A stretch of DNA of 64,000 nt from Mobula hypostoma (GCF_963921235.1 NC_086097.1:21702001-21766000); one strand, 5' to 3'; shown: positions 13,353-27,009, counted from the first letter of the stretch. Notes: generated by a model not told the origin, from the letters alone. A program made the numbers and translations.

Positions 13353-13892
13353 CTCCTATCCACCTTCTCAACATTATACAACATTTTGTATATCTGCTTA
13401 TGTAGAACCATTGAACATCATCAGGTTCTTCATAGGAGCATGAGCAAAGAAAATGTTGGTGCTGAATTACTTAAAAAGATAGGGCAGGTAACCAAAGATT
13501 GGGTGAAGAGGTAGGATTATAAGAGTGTATTAAAGAAGTAGGTAGAGAGCTGGTGAGATAGAGAGGTTCATAAAGGGAGCTCCAGAGCGGATGGCCAGAC
13601 CACCAATGGTAGAATGGTAAATTGGTTTATTATCATCACATGTACTGTGGGAGAATGAAAATCTTTGGTTTTGCACACCATTCCTACACACCTATGTATT
13701 GAGGAACACAACACCAGAGTTCAGGATAAAGTGTTCAAGCAGTGAAAGTGCGGTGCAGTCAAGATGCAAGGTCCCAAAACGAGGTAGACCGTGAGCATCT
13801 TATTGTATTAGGGGACCATTTAACTGACAGGTAGATGGTATTGTTGAGCCTTGTAGTAGGAGCTTTGAAGCTTTTGTATCTTCTGCCCAATA

Positions 13893-14241
13893 TGACTCTA
13901 CCAAAGGTGGTGTAAGGTGCGCCTTCCCTCTGCTAGCCTGCAGGTTACCCTCGGGCAAGGTGTAGCACCTACTTGGCCCCCTCCGATCAGGGTCACATGA
14001 AGCCGTGAGAACAGGTGGTGGGTGGTTGTATGAGCATCTGGTGCATTTCACAAGTCCTGTTTATGTGACCACTGACACCAGGCAGACAATCTCTGAAGAG
14101 TATTGATAATGGCTGGGGTCACCCATCTTGTAAAGGCACTGCCCAGAAAAAGACAATGGCAAATGACTTCTTGCAAAGAACAATCATGGTCATAGACCAT
14201 GATCACCCACATCATATGACATGGCACATAATGATGATGAT
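13893..14241 (+). mobile_element. SINE-like element with RTE/BovB-type 3' tail
   Basis: CAATGGCAAATGACTTC resembles the BovA/Sauria tail motif; terminates in (ATG)n. Confidence 0.5.
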
Positions 14242-15159
14242 GGGAGGGGGAAGAAGGAAGAGTGTGTAAGAATATGGAAACATGCAAGTGGCCAGAATTG
14301 GAGGAGCATAAATAGTCTGAATATTTTTTGCAACAGACACAAAATGCTGGAGGAACTCAGTAGGCCGGGCAGCATCAATGGAAAAGAGTACAGTCGATGT
14401 TTCGGACCGAAACCCTTCAGCAGTCTGTGTGTGTTGCTTATTTCCAGCATCTGCAGATTTTCTTGTTTGTGAGTATTTTTAAATTTAGAGATGATTACAG
14501 AAAAAAAGGAGGGGTGAGACACACTGTGGAATTGAAAACAAATTTTGAAATCAAGGTTCTGTTTAACTGGTTAGCTACAGATTAATTGCACACTAATTGC
14601 TTCTACAAAAACTAACATTAAAGATTCAGAAAATCTGTTCCCTCTAGCACTTCAATCCATGGCCATGATGTGAAGCCTCTCAGTTTTAGCACCTCTATTA
14701 AATTTCATGGAGTGAAACTTCTGCAAAATCCTCATAAGAAGCAGCCCTCTCTGTCTTCCTTCTTTTGCTTCTGAACAGCTTGAAGCTTGTCACAGTCCAG
14801 TGGCTGAGGACTGCAGCCTTCTAGGAGCCTTTGGATACACCAGATAGCCCATCCCTAGGATTAGACAGCAGGCTGACACACACCGCCCAGGGAGCATATG
14901 GTTATGCACATAAGCTGACCATATCAAATCACTCACAGCCAGCTTTCTGTGCATTGTCTACACTGTGTCAAGAAGCATCAACAGTGCCAGAGGCTCAGCC
15001 AATGAGAAAGAAGAGCATAATCAGGTCAGTCCTGCATCAAGCTCTTGTGTGTCGGAGACAGGTTAATAGCAGTTTACTGTTGTGAACTGTGAAGTCGTCA
15101 CTCTTGTCTGTTCAAAATACAATTTAAAATAGATAACATCTTCCTCAAAGTTGTCACAC

Positions 15160-15720
15160 AAGCTGATTGGGTCGCTGAGAAGGTGTATGTTGTGTTGACT
15201 TTCATTAGTTGTGGGACTGAGTTGAAGAGCCATGAAGTAATGTTGCAACTCTATAAAACTCTGGTTAGTCCACAGTTGGAATATTGTGCTCAGTTCTGAT
15301 TGCCTCATTACAGAAAGGATGTGGAAGCTTTCAATAGGCTGTGGAGGAAATCTACCAGGATGCCCCTGGACTAGAAGGCATGTCTTATAACGATGGGTTG
15401 AATGGACTAGGGCTTTTCTCTTTGGAGCAAAGGAGCATGAGAGGTGACTTGATAAAGGTGTACAAGATGATAAGAGGCATAGGTCGAGTGGGCAGCTAGA
15501 GACTTTCTCCTGAGGGCGGAAACGGCTAATACAAGAGGGATAGTTTTAAGACAAGCAACACACACAAAATGCTGGAGGAATTCAGCAGGTCAGGCAGCAT
15601 CTATGGACGTTTCAGTCCCTTTTCCAGGACCCTCATTCAATCTTAATTTTAAGATAATTGGAGGAAAGTATATGGGGGGGGGGGATGTCAGATATAAGAT
15701 TTTTTTTAGGCAGACAGTGA
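15160..15720 (+). mobile_element. CR1 fragment interrupted by a Penelope terminus (~15553-15640)
   Basis: LQLYKTLVSPQLEYCAQF; AAATGCTGGAGGAATTCAGCAGG motif. Confidence 0.8.
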
Positions 15721-16449
15721 CTGCTCTGCCAATGGGAGGTTGGGTGAGAGGTGAAGTAGGTTTTGGAGGAGCTGGTAAATCAGGAGGAGGCCAAAGAGGG
15801 ACAGACGGGGAGCATGTAACCTGAAATCAGAGAATCGCAGCACTTGGTGCTGAGATAGGATTGGCAAGGAGGAGGGCACATCGTGAGACCCCATCCAGTT
15901 TCCGCACTGCTTAATTTAATAGACATCAGTGAACACAAGTTTGTCTTGCAGATTGCTCTTTTGCATTCACCCAGGATGACTGATAGGTTAGGGGAGTATG
16001 AAAAGTTACCAGAAGGCCAAGCTGACGCACCAGCATACTTGCTTAGATGTACTTCAAACATTGCTGCATTCCGCCATCAATTTGTGTTTTGCAAAGTGTT
16101 TGTTTCTCATTTTTGACAATTGTTTTATGGATCCACTTGACCTCAATTCTTGCGAGTTCCTGGGCCGTTGTTAGAGGAGGACCCGTGAGGAGGTATTTTC
16201 CTCTCAGTGTTCTGGGCACTTCTTATCGGTCAAATAACATCATGGAGTGAATCTTAACAGAGTCATTGGTCAAATCTCACTGATGTTTGAGGGAGTTTGC
16301 TGTGTACTGATTGACTGCTTGCTTCACATATCACAGCAGACATAGGCTGTAAAGCACTTTGAAACTTCCTGGTTTGAAATCTGCTGTCGAATTACAAGTG
16401 TTTTCCCTATCCTCTGGTGTTGTCTGGTTCTGCCTTTCAGTGTTGACAG

Positions 16450-17390
16450 TATATGGGATATCAGATATACATGGAGAGAGGTAGATGCAGGGAACACACT
16501 GGCAGGGGCAGTGGTAAATGTTCATTAGGGGCATTTAAGAGTTTTTTAGGTAGGCATGTGGATGAAGGGTTTGATTATCTTGGAACAGGTTAAGAGGTTG
16601 GCACAAAATTGTGGGCAGAAGGACCTGCAGGCTTACAATGTACTGTACTTTTCTACGTTCTATAAAGTTCATCTCAGGTTACAGAAGGACACACATAGAT
16701 CAACTGGGAAAACAGGCCAAGGAAAGGCAGATGGAATTCAGCTTGGACAAATCAGAGGGCTCTGAGGAGTGTGGTTGCACAGAGAGACCTTGGGACCCTG
16801 ATGAAGGGTCTTGGCCTGAAACACTGACTGTTTATTCCTCGCCACGGATGCTGCGTCACCTGCTGAGTTCCTCCAGAAACTTATTGTGTGTTCTCCGAGA
16901 TTTCCACCATCTGTAGAATCTCTCATGTTTATGGAGTATTGGTCCCACACTTTATGAAGGACATGAGTTCGTTGTCGAGCGTGCAAAGCAGATTCACCGG
17001 AACGCCGCCTGGATTGGAGGGCGAAGATTGTGGGGAAAGATTAGATAGGTTGGGTTTCAATTCCCCAGAGCAAAGGAGCTGAAGCATACGTAAGATTATG
17101 AGAGGCAGAGATAGGGTAGGAAGTATCTTTTTCCCATGTCAAGAGGATGTAGGTTGAAGGCAAGAGGAAAGAGTTTTAAAGGAATCAGAAAGGAATGCTT
17201 TTTATGTAGCACCTGTTGCCAGAGGAGATGAGATACAATTATTATGTTTAAGAGGCATGTGGACAAACACTTAAATAGGAAAGTCCCTAATGTCTGCAAG
17301 TTAGTTTTGTGTCGATGGGCAAAAATGTTGGCATGGACAGGGTGGGCCGAAAAGCCTGTTTCTGTGCTGTACACGACTATGCCCCTATGA
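16450..17390 (+). mobile_element. Degraded CR1 fragments with Penelope terminus (~16793-16930)
   Basis: CR1 RT/3'UTR similarity; pLTR motif. Confidence 0.7.
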
Positions 17391-18049
17391 TCACCTGTCC
17401 AACCCCCTAGACTTCCATCACTACAAATAATCTGCTACCTAACAGCTATGGAAAATCACGAGTTGGGGATCGCCCATTTGTAAATTATTTATATGTTGTA
17501 ATAAATGATTCAAAGTTTTGCCAAAATCTTTTGTTGTTCTCTCATCGGATGCATCAGAAGTGATGTTGAGCCTTCTTGCACTGTAGCAGTCAGTGTGCAG
17601 ACTACAAAGAACATACACAGCTGAGGCAGCCATATGATTGTAGAATGGCCCATTATCCCTGCTCTTCCACCACCACATACAGTACAGTAGCAGTAGATGT
17701 CAGAAACACTCAGTGGATTGTCTAGCATCTGCTGAGAAACAGCCCCTAGACTTGGACAGGTCTAACCTTAGTGTTGCCTCTCCTGATTTCTCTCCAGCCT
17801 CTTCAAGTTCTGCAGCTCTCTGGGGTCTCTGGACTCCTCTGATTATAAATCCTGCCCATTCTGATTGCTCCATCTTTCAGGTACCAATATTCTAAGTTCT
17901 GAAATTCCTTGCCTTGATGTGGAGTCATGCAGGCTGGAACCAAGTCTGCGCCTACCATTAAACACCACTTACTCCACCTAACACTAACCTGAATTTCATT
18001 TCCCAACACTTCCTTCAACTCTCCGGGATTGTATCACACAGTTGGGGAA

Positions 18050-18520
18050 AATTTATATAGTCACAGCACAGAAGCAGGCCCTTCAGCCCATCTAGTCCAT
18101 GCCGAACTATATAAACTGCCTACTCCCATTGACCTGCACTGGGACCATACACCTACCGTCCATGTGCCATCCAAACCTCTCATAAATGCTGAAATTGAGC
18201 TTGCATGCACCACTTGTGCTGGCAGTTCATTCCACACTCTCACAACGCTCTGAGTGAAGAAATCTCCTCTTCATGTTCCCCTTAAACTTTTCACCTTTCA
18301 CCTTTAATCCATGACCACTAGTTGTAGTCCCACACAACCTCATGGAAGAAGCCATTTACCCTATCTATGGACCCTCATAATTTTGTATACTGTACCTCTA
18401 TCAAATCTCCCCTCGCTCTTCTACGGCACCAAACTATTAAATCTTTCCTTATAACTCAGGTCCTCCAGTCCCGTCAACGTCCTTGTAAATTTTCTCTGTA
18501 CTCAATCAACCTTACTTAGT
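18050..18520 (-). mobile_element. CR1 3' fragment
   Basis: VRVWNELPAQVV-like motif. Confidence 0.8.
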
Positions 18521-18829
18521 GACCAATTACCCCACCCATCCGCACATGGTTAGGATTTTGGAGGAAGCCGGAGCAAGCACACCCTGCCGCAGCAAGAGTC
18601 TGCAAACTCCACATAGGCAGGAGCCAAGGTCAGAGTAGGCCCTGGTCACTGGAGCTGTGAGGAGGTGGGTTTACAGTTGCCAACCACAAACTTCATCATT
18701 AAATTGCATTTGGTTCTCCCTTTTTAATTTATTGGTGAGGAGATTGCTCCTAAGTCTTCAGTAATGAGAAACGGCCTGTTGATGATGAGGTTTGAGTGTT
18801 CTTGGAACGTGTTAAATAATAACCCATGA

Positions 18830-20180
18830 GCCTCACATCAGTACTGGAAGTTACTGAAAAAATGATGAAGTACAGGATTCATGATCACTTGGAAAGACAT
18901 GCAATGGGTTGAGTTAACCAGTAAGGCCGACCAATTCGATTGAATTTTTTGAGGAGGTAACAAGGTATGTTGATGAGGGCTTCAGTAAAGGCTCTGACAA
19001 GCTCCCAAATAGACACATCTACTGCACTGCCCTTATCAATATACATTGTCACAGACCTTGCCGAAGGCCTGACGGCCCATGGGATCCGAGATAATTTGGT
19101 AAATTAGATTTAAAATTGGCTTGGGAATAGGAGACAGAGAGTGACATTAAAGAGCTGTTTTCATGATTGGGTGCTTGTGACCACAAGGATTGGTGCTGGG
19201 ACCCTTACTGTTTGTAAATATTGATGTGTTGATCAGAAAGATTACAGATTGATGAAATTGATACAAAGATCAATGATGTTGTTGACACTGAGGAGAGTAG
19301 TCTTAGATCAGGGGTTCCTAGCCTGGTGTCCACAGACCTAATGATAGGGGTCCATAGCATAAAAAATCTGGGAATGCCTGTCTTAAACCATGGGTGATGT
19401 TGATGTGTTGGTGAAATGGGCTAAGAAATGGCATCTGGAGTGAATTCCTCAGAAAAGTGAGGTGATGCATTTTGGAAGTACTAACGAGACTAGGACATAT
19501 ATAGTGAATGGTAGGGTATTGAGAAACAGAAGGTCCTGGATTGCAAGTCCAGTGATCCTTGAAAGTGGAATCGCAGGTAGCTATTGTGTTTGAGAAGACA
19601 TATGGGATGCTTCAAGCTGAAGGAACTCAGCAAGTCAGACAGCATCTATGGAAAGGAATAAACATTCAATGTTTCAGGCTGAGACCCTTCATCAGGACTG
19701 GGAAGGAAGGGGGATGGAACTAGAATAAGAAGGTAGGATGAGGGGTTGGAGTTCAAGTTGGTAGGTGATGTTGGACTTCATTCGTCGGAGCATTAAGTAC
19801 AAGAGTGGAGAGGTTATGAACAGAGATGAGGAGGAATTTCCTTAGCCAGAGGGTAATGAATCTGTGGAAGTCATTGCCACAGACGGCTGTGGAGGCCCAA
19901 GTCTTTGAGTATATTGATAGCAGAGGTTCATTGGTTCTTGATTAGTAAGGATGTCAAAGTTTACGGGGAGAAGGCAGAAGAATGGAGTTGAGAAGGATAA
20001 TAAATCAGCCATGATGGAATGGCAGAGCAGACACGATGGGCCGAATGGCCTAATGGCCTTACCCTGCACCTATATCTTATGGCCTCATAGAGCATTGGTT
20101 AGACCTCAGCTGGAGTACTCTTTGCAGTTCTGGCCACCACACTATAGGTAGGATGTAGAGAGGCTGCAGAGAAGATTCTC
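18830..20180 (+). mobile_element. Mosaic of degraded CR1 RT with nested CR1 3' end, mini hAT MITE and Penelope terminus (~19615-19770, -)
   Basis: CR1 RT motifs; ALVRPQLEYSLQFWPPHYR. Confidence 0.75.
19309..19380. mobile_element. 72-bp hAT (Charlie-like) mini-MITE
   Basis: CAGGGGTTCC / GGAATGCCTG ends; degenerate 8-bp TSD TCTTAGAT / TCTTAAAC. Confidence 0.55.
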
Positions 20181-20348
20181 CTAGAGAAGACCACACCTTC
20201 ACAGGGGCAATATGCAAACTCCACTGGAATCAGGACTGAATCTGCTTTGATAGAGCTGTGAGACAGCACCTCTGCCTCTGTGCCTCTCTCTTTTCCTCGC
20301 TTTCCTCTTTTCAGACTCTCCTTAAAACCTACCATGGCAAGGTAGCGT

Positions 20349-20909
20349 GTTCGTCCATCGTCAACGTCAATGAGGACCTCAACACCATTATGATGGTGTC
20401 GAGACTAGCACATGATTTGGATTTAAGTGAGGGAGAGTTGCGCAGCGTCAGCCTCACGCTCTCTTCCTAATTCCCATCTGGATCCAGTGGCAAGACAGAG
20501 TCTAGACGGCTGGAGATGGGACTAGGCGCAGTGGATGACCAGGACGTCTTCTGTGTCTTGTCGTGCTCTAAGCGTTCCACGACGCTTGCAGAGACCGCCT
20601 TCTTGACCGTTGGACCTTCCATTGGTCTTGTCTGCTCAATCCGCCGGAGTCTGTCTTCACATGCTGGGATAGACAACTCCCTATCTCACCGAGGGTTTGA
20701 GACCCGTCGGCTACCCTCACCTGGTTTAGCCAGCTTGTCGAAGCCGTTGCCTGGGGTGTGGCCGCTGTCGCATGCAAACAGCTACGGGGAGCCACAGGTG
20801 AGAGCTGAGTGCCAGATGGGGACCAAAGGTGGACTAACCGCCTTGAAAAGGACGCGACATGTTCCCCCACCAGAGCTGCTACCCCTCCCTGACACCCCAT
20901 ACACCCCAA
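20349..20909 (-). mobile_element. Bipartite non-autonomous RTE derivative (RTE 5'UTR + RTE-like 3' end)
   Basis: ~20530-20908 is homologous to the RTE 5'UTR at ~60410-60780; perfect 12-bp TSD GCAAGGTAGCGT at 20337-20348 and 20910-20921. Confidence 0.85.
20716..20907 (-). ncRNA. Candidate HDV-like ribozyme (copy 1)
   Basis: P1 GGGGUGU/ACACCCC; P2 CUCACCUGU/AC(C)AGGUGAG; P3 GGC with L3 starting UCC; P4 CGGCUU/AAGCUG; J4/2 GCUAA. Confidence 0.5.
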
Positions 20910-22424
20910 GCAAGGTAGCGTACCGTTTAGTGTAATGCTACGACAGTGCCGATGACCCAGGTTCAGTTGCACTACTGTCTGTAAGGAGTTTGTGGGCTTC
21001 CTTCCATGTTCCAAAGATGCATAAGTGGCAAGGCTAATTGGTTACATGGGTGTAATTGGGCAGTGCGTGCTTGTGAGCCAGAAGTGCCTGTTACTATGGT
21101 GTATGTCCAAATGTCTCAACCTCGAGACCACATTGATCTCAGTTAATACCTGCCTCTACACTCTATTTGTGCTCCGCTTTAGTTTTTTATTTGCCTGTGA
21201 AGTCTGAGATGATCTTGCAACTTTCAAGTTGTTGTATAGATGGCTCTTATTCACCTCCCAGCGTTCACTTCATACCCCCTATCCAACACCCACCCACCAC
21301 TCCCTCACCTGGTCTCACCTATTGCCTGCCACCTCCTATTCATTCTCCTCCCTCGCCTTCTTATTCTGGCCTCTGCCTCCTTCTGTGTCAGTCCCGAAAC
21401 AGACTCTCCATAAATGCTGCCCGACCTGCTGTATTGCTACGGCATTTTGTGTGCGAGTGTATGGCCCTAGGTGTGTGTTATTGCTGTTATTCACAGGGCT
21501 GGACACAAAGCAAATATTAGGATCTTGAAACTGATGCAAAAATAGATTAAATTTTATTTTAATTATCAGCTGCTTGATCATCCAGTTTGAAGAAAGCGTT
21601 CTTTACCCTCGCAGCCCCTCAGTTCATTAGGAAGTCACTATACGACAGACCTATTTTTGTGCGAGTGGAAGTAAAAATTGGTGCAGTATTTCTACAGTAT
21701 TTATACCAGAGAGGAAGGAGATTGTCTGCTATCAGAACAATGCTTCAGATTTAATGATGCTTTGGTAGTTATAGCCTAATTAGATTTTTACAGGCTTTAA
21801 TGCCACATGCAAATAAAAAGGGAGATCATTTCAAGGGTATGACATCCAATTACTGGAGCAGAGAGTTTCCTAGCATCAGACGAATGACAAACACCACGCG
21901 CCTGTTTCACAGACAGATTGTATCTCTGGATCTTGCCGCAAAATGCATTTCTGCTGACTCATTCTGTACCCTTTTTGCAAAATCATTGTCTTTAAATGTC
22001 ACACCTCTTTTGAATAAGGGTTGCAAAAACAGGACCAGTCATATTTGAACCTGCCTAATCTCTACTTCTCTCAACCCCGTTCAAAATGAAGAACTGAAAC
22101 AGTCCATTCAGCCCAACTGGACTGTGCTAGTTCATCTTCTCCAGTACTGTCTCCTCTCATATGATCTCTATCTCAGCTCTCCTGTGTCCTGTTCACCTTT
22201 CCAAACACTCCCCCCCCCCCGCCCCATCACCACGTTCATCTGGTCCTTTGACCTATATCTTCTCTCAGTGACTACATTTACTGTGCAGTTAAAGTTTGGT
22301 TCAGGTGTCTGACAACCAGTTTCTCTTGATGCTGTTGATGCATAGCACTGTGGTTAAGCTTAGGACTAGTACTTTGAGGTCTGATGTGCTGTTGTGATTT
22401 TGGGAGTTCAAATCAAATCAAAGA

Positions 22425-23250
22425 CCATATAGGAGCAGTATTATTATCCATCTCAAGCCTGTTTTCTCCATAACCTTTGATGCCCTTACTAATGAAGAAC
22501 CTATGGCTCTCTACTTTAAGTATACCCAATGACTTGGTCTCCACAGATGTCTGTGGCAATTTTATGTCAATGATTTAGATGATGGCTTTGTGGCCAAGTT
22601 TGCAGACAATACGAAAATAGGTGGAGGGGTAGATAGTGTTGAGAAAGCAAGCAGTCTGCAGAAGGACTTAGTCAGATTAGGAGAATGGGCAAAGAAGTGA
22701 CAGATGAATATCGTGTGGGGAAGTGTATGGTCTCATATACTTTGGTAGAGGGAATAAAGGTGCAGACTGTTTTGTAAGTGGGGAGAAGATTCAAAAATCA
22801 GAGGTGCAAAGGTCCCTGGGAGTCTTGATGCAGGATTCCCGAAAGATTGAGTCAGTGGTGAGGAAGGTAAATGCAATGTTAGCATTCCTTTTGCGTGGAC
22901 TATTGTATAAAAGCAATGATGTAATGCTGCAGGTTTATAAGGCATTGGTCAGACCACATGTGGAGTATTGTGAGCAGCTTTGGGCCCCTTATCTAAGAAA
23001 GGCTGTGATGGCATTGGAGAGGGTTCAGAGGAGGTTCACGAGATTGATTCCCGGAATGACGAGGTTAACGTATGAGGAGCATTTGATGGCTCTGGGCCTG
23101 TACGTGCTGGTGTTTAGAAGAATGGGGGGCGTGGGGGAGGTATCTCTCTGAAACCTACTGGATTTTGAAAGGCCCATATACAATGGATGTGGAGAGCATG
23201 TTTCCTATAGGGCGATTCTAGTACCAGAGGGTACAGCCTCAGAATCTTTT
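22425..23250 (+). mobile_element. CR1 RT fragment, with a short inverted CR1 3' piece at ~22425-22560
   Basis: VRKVNAMLAFL..ALVRPHVEYCEQLWAPYLRK. Confidence 0.85.
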
Positions 23251-23369
23251 CCCTCTCACCATAAACCTGTGCTCTCTAGCTTTTCCTTTCCTAACCCTGT
23301 GAACAATACTTTGACCATCTACATTATCTATGTCCCTCATGATTTTATGCACATCTGTAGAGTTACTGC

Positions 23370-24370
23370 TCCTATACTCCAAAAAAAATCTCAACAGTGA
23401 TAGAATTCCTCTTGTCCTTACCTACCACCCCATGAGCATCTGCATCCAACACATCACCCTCTTCAACTTCGGCCATCTCCAAAGGAATCCTACTACCAAA
23501 CATACCTTTACATACCTCCCCCCCCCCAACGCTTTCCACTGGGGTCTCTCCCTCCATGATACCCTTGTCCATTCATCCCTCCTGGCACTTATTCCTACAA
23601 GCGGCTGAGGTGCCACACCTCCCATTCACCTCCTCTCTCATGTTCATTCAGAGTCCCAGCTGTCCTTCCAGGTGAGGCCACACTTCACCTGCGAATCTGT
23701 TGGAGTCGTCTGTTGTGTCTGGTGCTCCCAATGCATCCCACTCTACATTGGTGAGACCCCTCGTAAATCGGGGGAAGGCTTCATTGAGCACACCTGCTCC
23801 AGCCAGTGAAAGCAGAACTTCACAGTGGCCAATCATTTTAATTCCAATTCCCATTTCTGTTCTGACATGTCAATCCATAGCCTCCTCTTGTGCCAAGGTG
23901 AGCCACCCTCAGGGTGGAGGAACAACACCTTATATTCTGTCTCAGTAGCCTCCAACCTGAAGGCATGAATATTGTTTTTTATGTGTTATAAAAATTTTTC
24001 CCTCCCCCTTCTTCTATTCTGCACTACGGTCTCTTACCTTTTCTCATCTGTCTGTCACTGCCCCTTGGGTCCCATACTCCTTCCCTTTCTCCTATGGTCC
24101 ACTCTCCTCTCCTAGCAGATTATCCTCTCCAGCCCCTTTTCTTTCCTTCCCACCTGGCTTCACCCGCCACCTTCTAGTTATCCTCCTTCTCCTCCCTCCA
24201 CTTTTTTATTCTGGCATCTCCCCCCTTCCATTCCAGTCCTGAAGAAAGGTCTCGGCCCAAAATGTCAACTGTTTATCCATTTCCATAGATGGTGCTTGAC
24301 CTGCTGAGTTCTTTCAGCATTTTGTGTGTGTTGCTCTGGATTTTCAGCATCTGCAGATTTTTTCGTGTGT
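23370..24370 (+). mobile_element. Penelope-like element, degraded GIY-YIG region and terminus
   Basis: RIPLVLTYHP; YIGET-like region; homologous to 47680-48736. Confidence 0.85.
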
Positions 24371-24479
24371 AAATGAATGCTCTGTTCTATCCAAACTTTC
24401 CCTACAGTTCAATCCCCTGAGTCCTGGCAACTGCCTCGTAAATTGTTAACATTAAACTTGTCCACATTCCTTGACTAAA

Positions 24480-25050
24480 TAATGTTGAGGGGCTTATAAG
24501 GCATTTGTCAGACCACATTTGGAGTGTGTGTGCGGCGTTGGGCCCCGTATCTAAGAAAAAATGTTCTGGCATTGAAGAGAGTCCAGAGAAAGTTCATGTG
24601 AATGATCTCAGGAATGAAAGGGTTAATGTATGGAGAGCATTTAGTGGCTCTGCACCAGTAGCTATTGGAGTTTAGAAGAATGAGGGGGATCTCATTGAAA
24701 CCTATTGAATATTGAAAGACCTGGAGAGAGTGGACGTGGAGGGGATGTATCCTATAGTGAGGGCCTAAGATTACAGCAATATTCCTTTAAAGTAGAGATG
24801 AGGAGGAATTTCTTTCAGCAGAGAGTGGTGAATTTGTGAAATGACTTGCCATAGACAGCTGTGGAGGCCAAGCTGTTGGATGTACTGAAAGTGAGGTTAG
24901 TAGGTTCTTGGTTAGTAAGGGTGTCAAAGTTTATAGGGGAGAAAGCAGAAAAATGGGGTTGAGAAGGAAAATACATCAACCGTGATCAAATGGTTGAGCA
25001 GTCTCTAAGGGCCGAGTGGCCTAATTCTGCTGTTCTAATGGTCTAAATAA
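24480..25050 (+). mobile_element. CR1 3' fragment
   Basis: Homologous to 780-1360. Confidence 0.85.
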
Positions 25051-25679
25051 AGGATTTTCTGTCCCTGGTTATGAAGTTTATGATAGAGAACAGTTTTCCA
25101 AGATCTACCTGACTGTCCTCTTAAATTTTGGAAGTCTCTTATTCCTGTCAATATTAGTTCCTGAAAGGTTTGATCACATGATGTCAGATAATTTGTTGTC
25201 TGAGCAATTGTCCACTGCGGTCTACATGTAACTGATACATGAGGAATGTTAATGCAATGGTAAATTACTAGACTAGTTCCTAGAATCATGGACTAGGAGA
25301 CTGCAGAGGAATTTAAATCCAGTTAATTAAATAATCTGGAATGAAGAGGCTAGCCACTGCGATGATGACCATAGGATTGTCAAACTATAATATGTATTAT
25401 AAATATTTGCTGTCATTAGTTGACTTTATGTTTGACCAGCAATGTGATAGATGCTTTAATATTTTAACTTGGTTGGTTGGTGTCCTTACCGGGTTAAGCT
25501 TTGACAGCAGTTTAAATTGGTGGTTCACCACGACGTTGTTAAGGGGTGGGCATTAAATTTTGCCTTTCCCTAAACTGCCCAGTTTTGCACATGGCCCCAG
25601 ATCCATACACGACAGAGATCTGTGCACTGTATCATATAGACCCAGTGGACTAGTATCGCTTATCAGTCAAAATCCGATC

Positions 25680-26835
25680 ATAGAGTAACAAGCTTGGAAG
25701 CAGGTCCTTTGGCCCAACTCTTCTATGCTAATCAAGACACCCATTCAAGCTAGTCCCATTTTTGCACATTTGCCCAGCCTATCTGAACCTTTCCTATCTT
25801 TCCTTTCCTGTTTCAACCGCATTGTCCGGCAAGTTTTCGAGTCTCTTTCCCTGGGAAAAAGACTGTGTATTCATTCTATCTAAGCTGCGCATCTTCTGTA
25901 TAAAGTCACCCCTCAGTCTCCTCTGCTCCAAAGAATAAAGTCCGAGCGTACCCAACCTCTTCCATAATTTAGTCAATTCCCGGAAATCTATTTTTTCTAT
26001 TCTTTTCAGCTTTCCTGTATCAGGGTATCGAAAACTATACACAGCATTACGTCTTGTACAGCTACAACATAATGTCCCAGCTCCTAAATCCAATACCCTT
26101 ACTGGTAAAGCTCAGTGTGCCAAATATCCTGTCTAATGGGAATACTACTTTCAATAGACTATGTACTTGTACTCCTAGGTATCTCTGCTCTATGACACTC
26201 CCCAGAGCTCTACTATTCCTACCTGAAAGTCCTCAAGATTTGTGAAGGTGATAGTTTAGATGAGGCCACATAAGACCAAAAGAACATGACATAGGTGCAG
26301 AATTACGCCATTGAGTCTGATTTATTTTCCCTCTCAACCCCATTCTCCTGCTTTCTCCCTGTAATCTTTGATGCCCCTGCTAATCAAAAACTGATCAACC
26401 TCTGCTTTAAATATGCACAGTCTCTTGGCCTCTATAGATGAATTCCACAGATTCACCATATTCTGGTTAAAGACATTCCTTCTCATTGCTGTTCAAAAGG
26501 GATATCCTTCCATTCTGAGGCTTTGTCTTCTGGTCCTAGACTCTCCCTCCTTTGGAAAAATACTCTCCATTCTAGGAGAGTATTTCAGCCTTTCGGTATT
26601 CAATAGGTTTCAATGAGATCTCTATCAGTCTTCTAATCTCCAGTGAGTATAAGCCCAGAGGCATCGAAACTGCTTCCCATACGTTCACCTTTCAATCTCG
26701 GGTTCATTCTTGTCAGCCTCCTCTAGGCCCTCTCCAATGCCAACACATCCTTTCAGAGATTAGGAGCCCAAAACTGCTCACAATACTCCAAATGTAGCCT
26801 GAACAATGCCTAAAAAGCCTGAGTATTACATCCTC
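25680..26835 (-). mobile_element. Two adjacent CR1 3' fragments
   Basis: LGLYSLEQRRLRGD; CR1 tail at ~26270. Confidence 0.8.
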
Positions 26836-27009
26836 AGAGCTATTAAAATTAGAGCCAACAAGAGAAAGCATAAGATCGTATGTCAAAAGCCTAGTTGTTA
26901 ACCGTAGTGTGAATCAGGCTAAATAGACACCTTAAATCAGTCTTCACCAAGGAAGATGTCATCACACCTGGCAGTGCAGTGAACTGTGGGTATGGTAACC
27001 AATAAGTAG

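Noticed and set aside
12817..13514. Overlapping 100-155 aa ORFs on both strands
   Set aside because: GC-rich repeat depleted of stops; no protein motifs.
13893..13985. Ribozyme at the 5' end of the RTE-tailed SINE-like element
   Set aside because: Hairpins are present, but no consistent P1/P1.1/J4-2 arrangement could be assigned.
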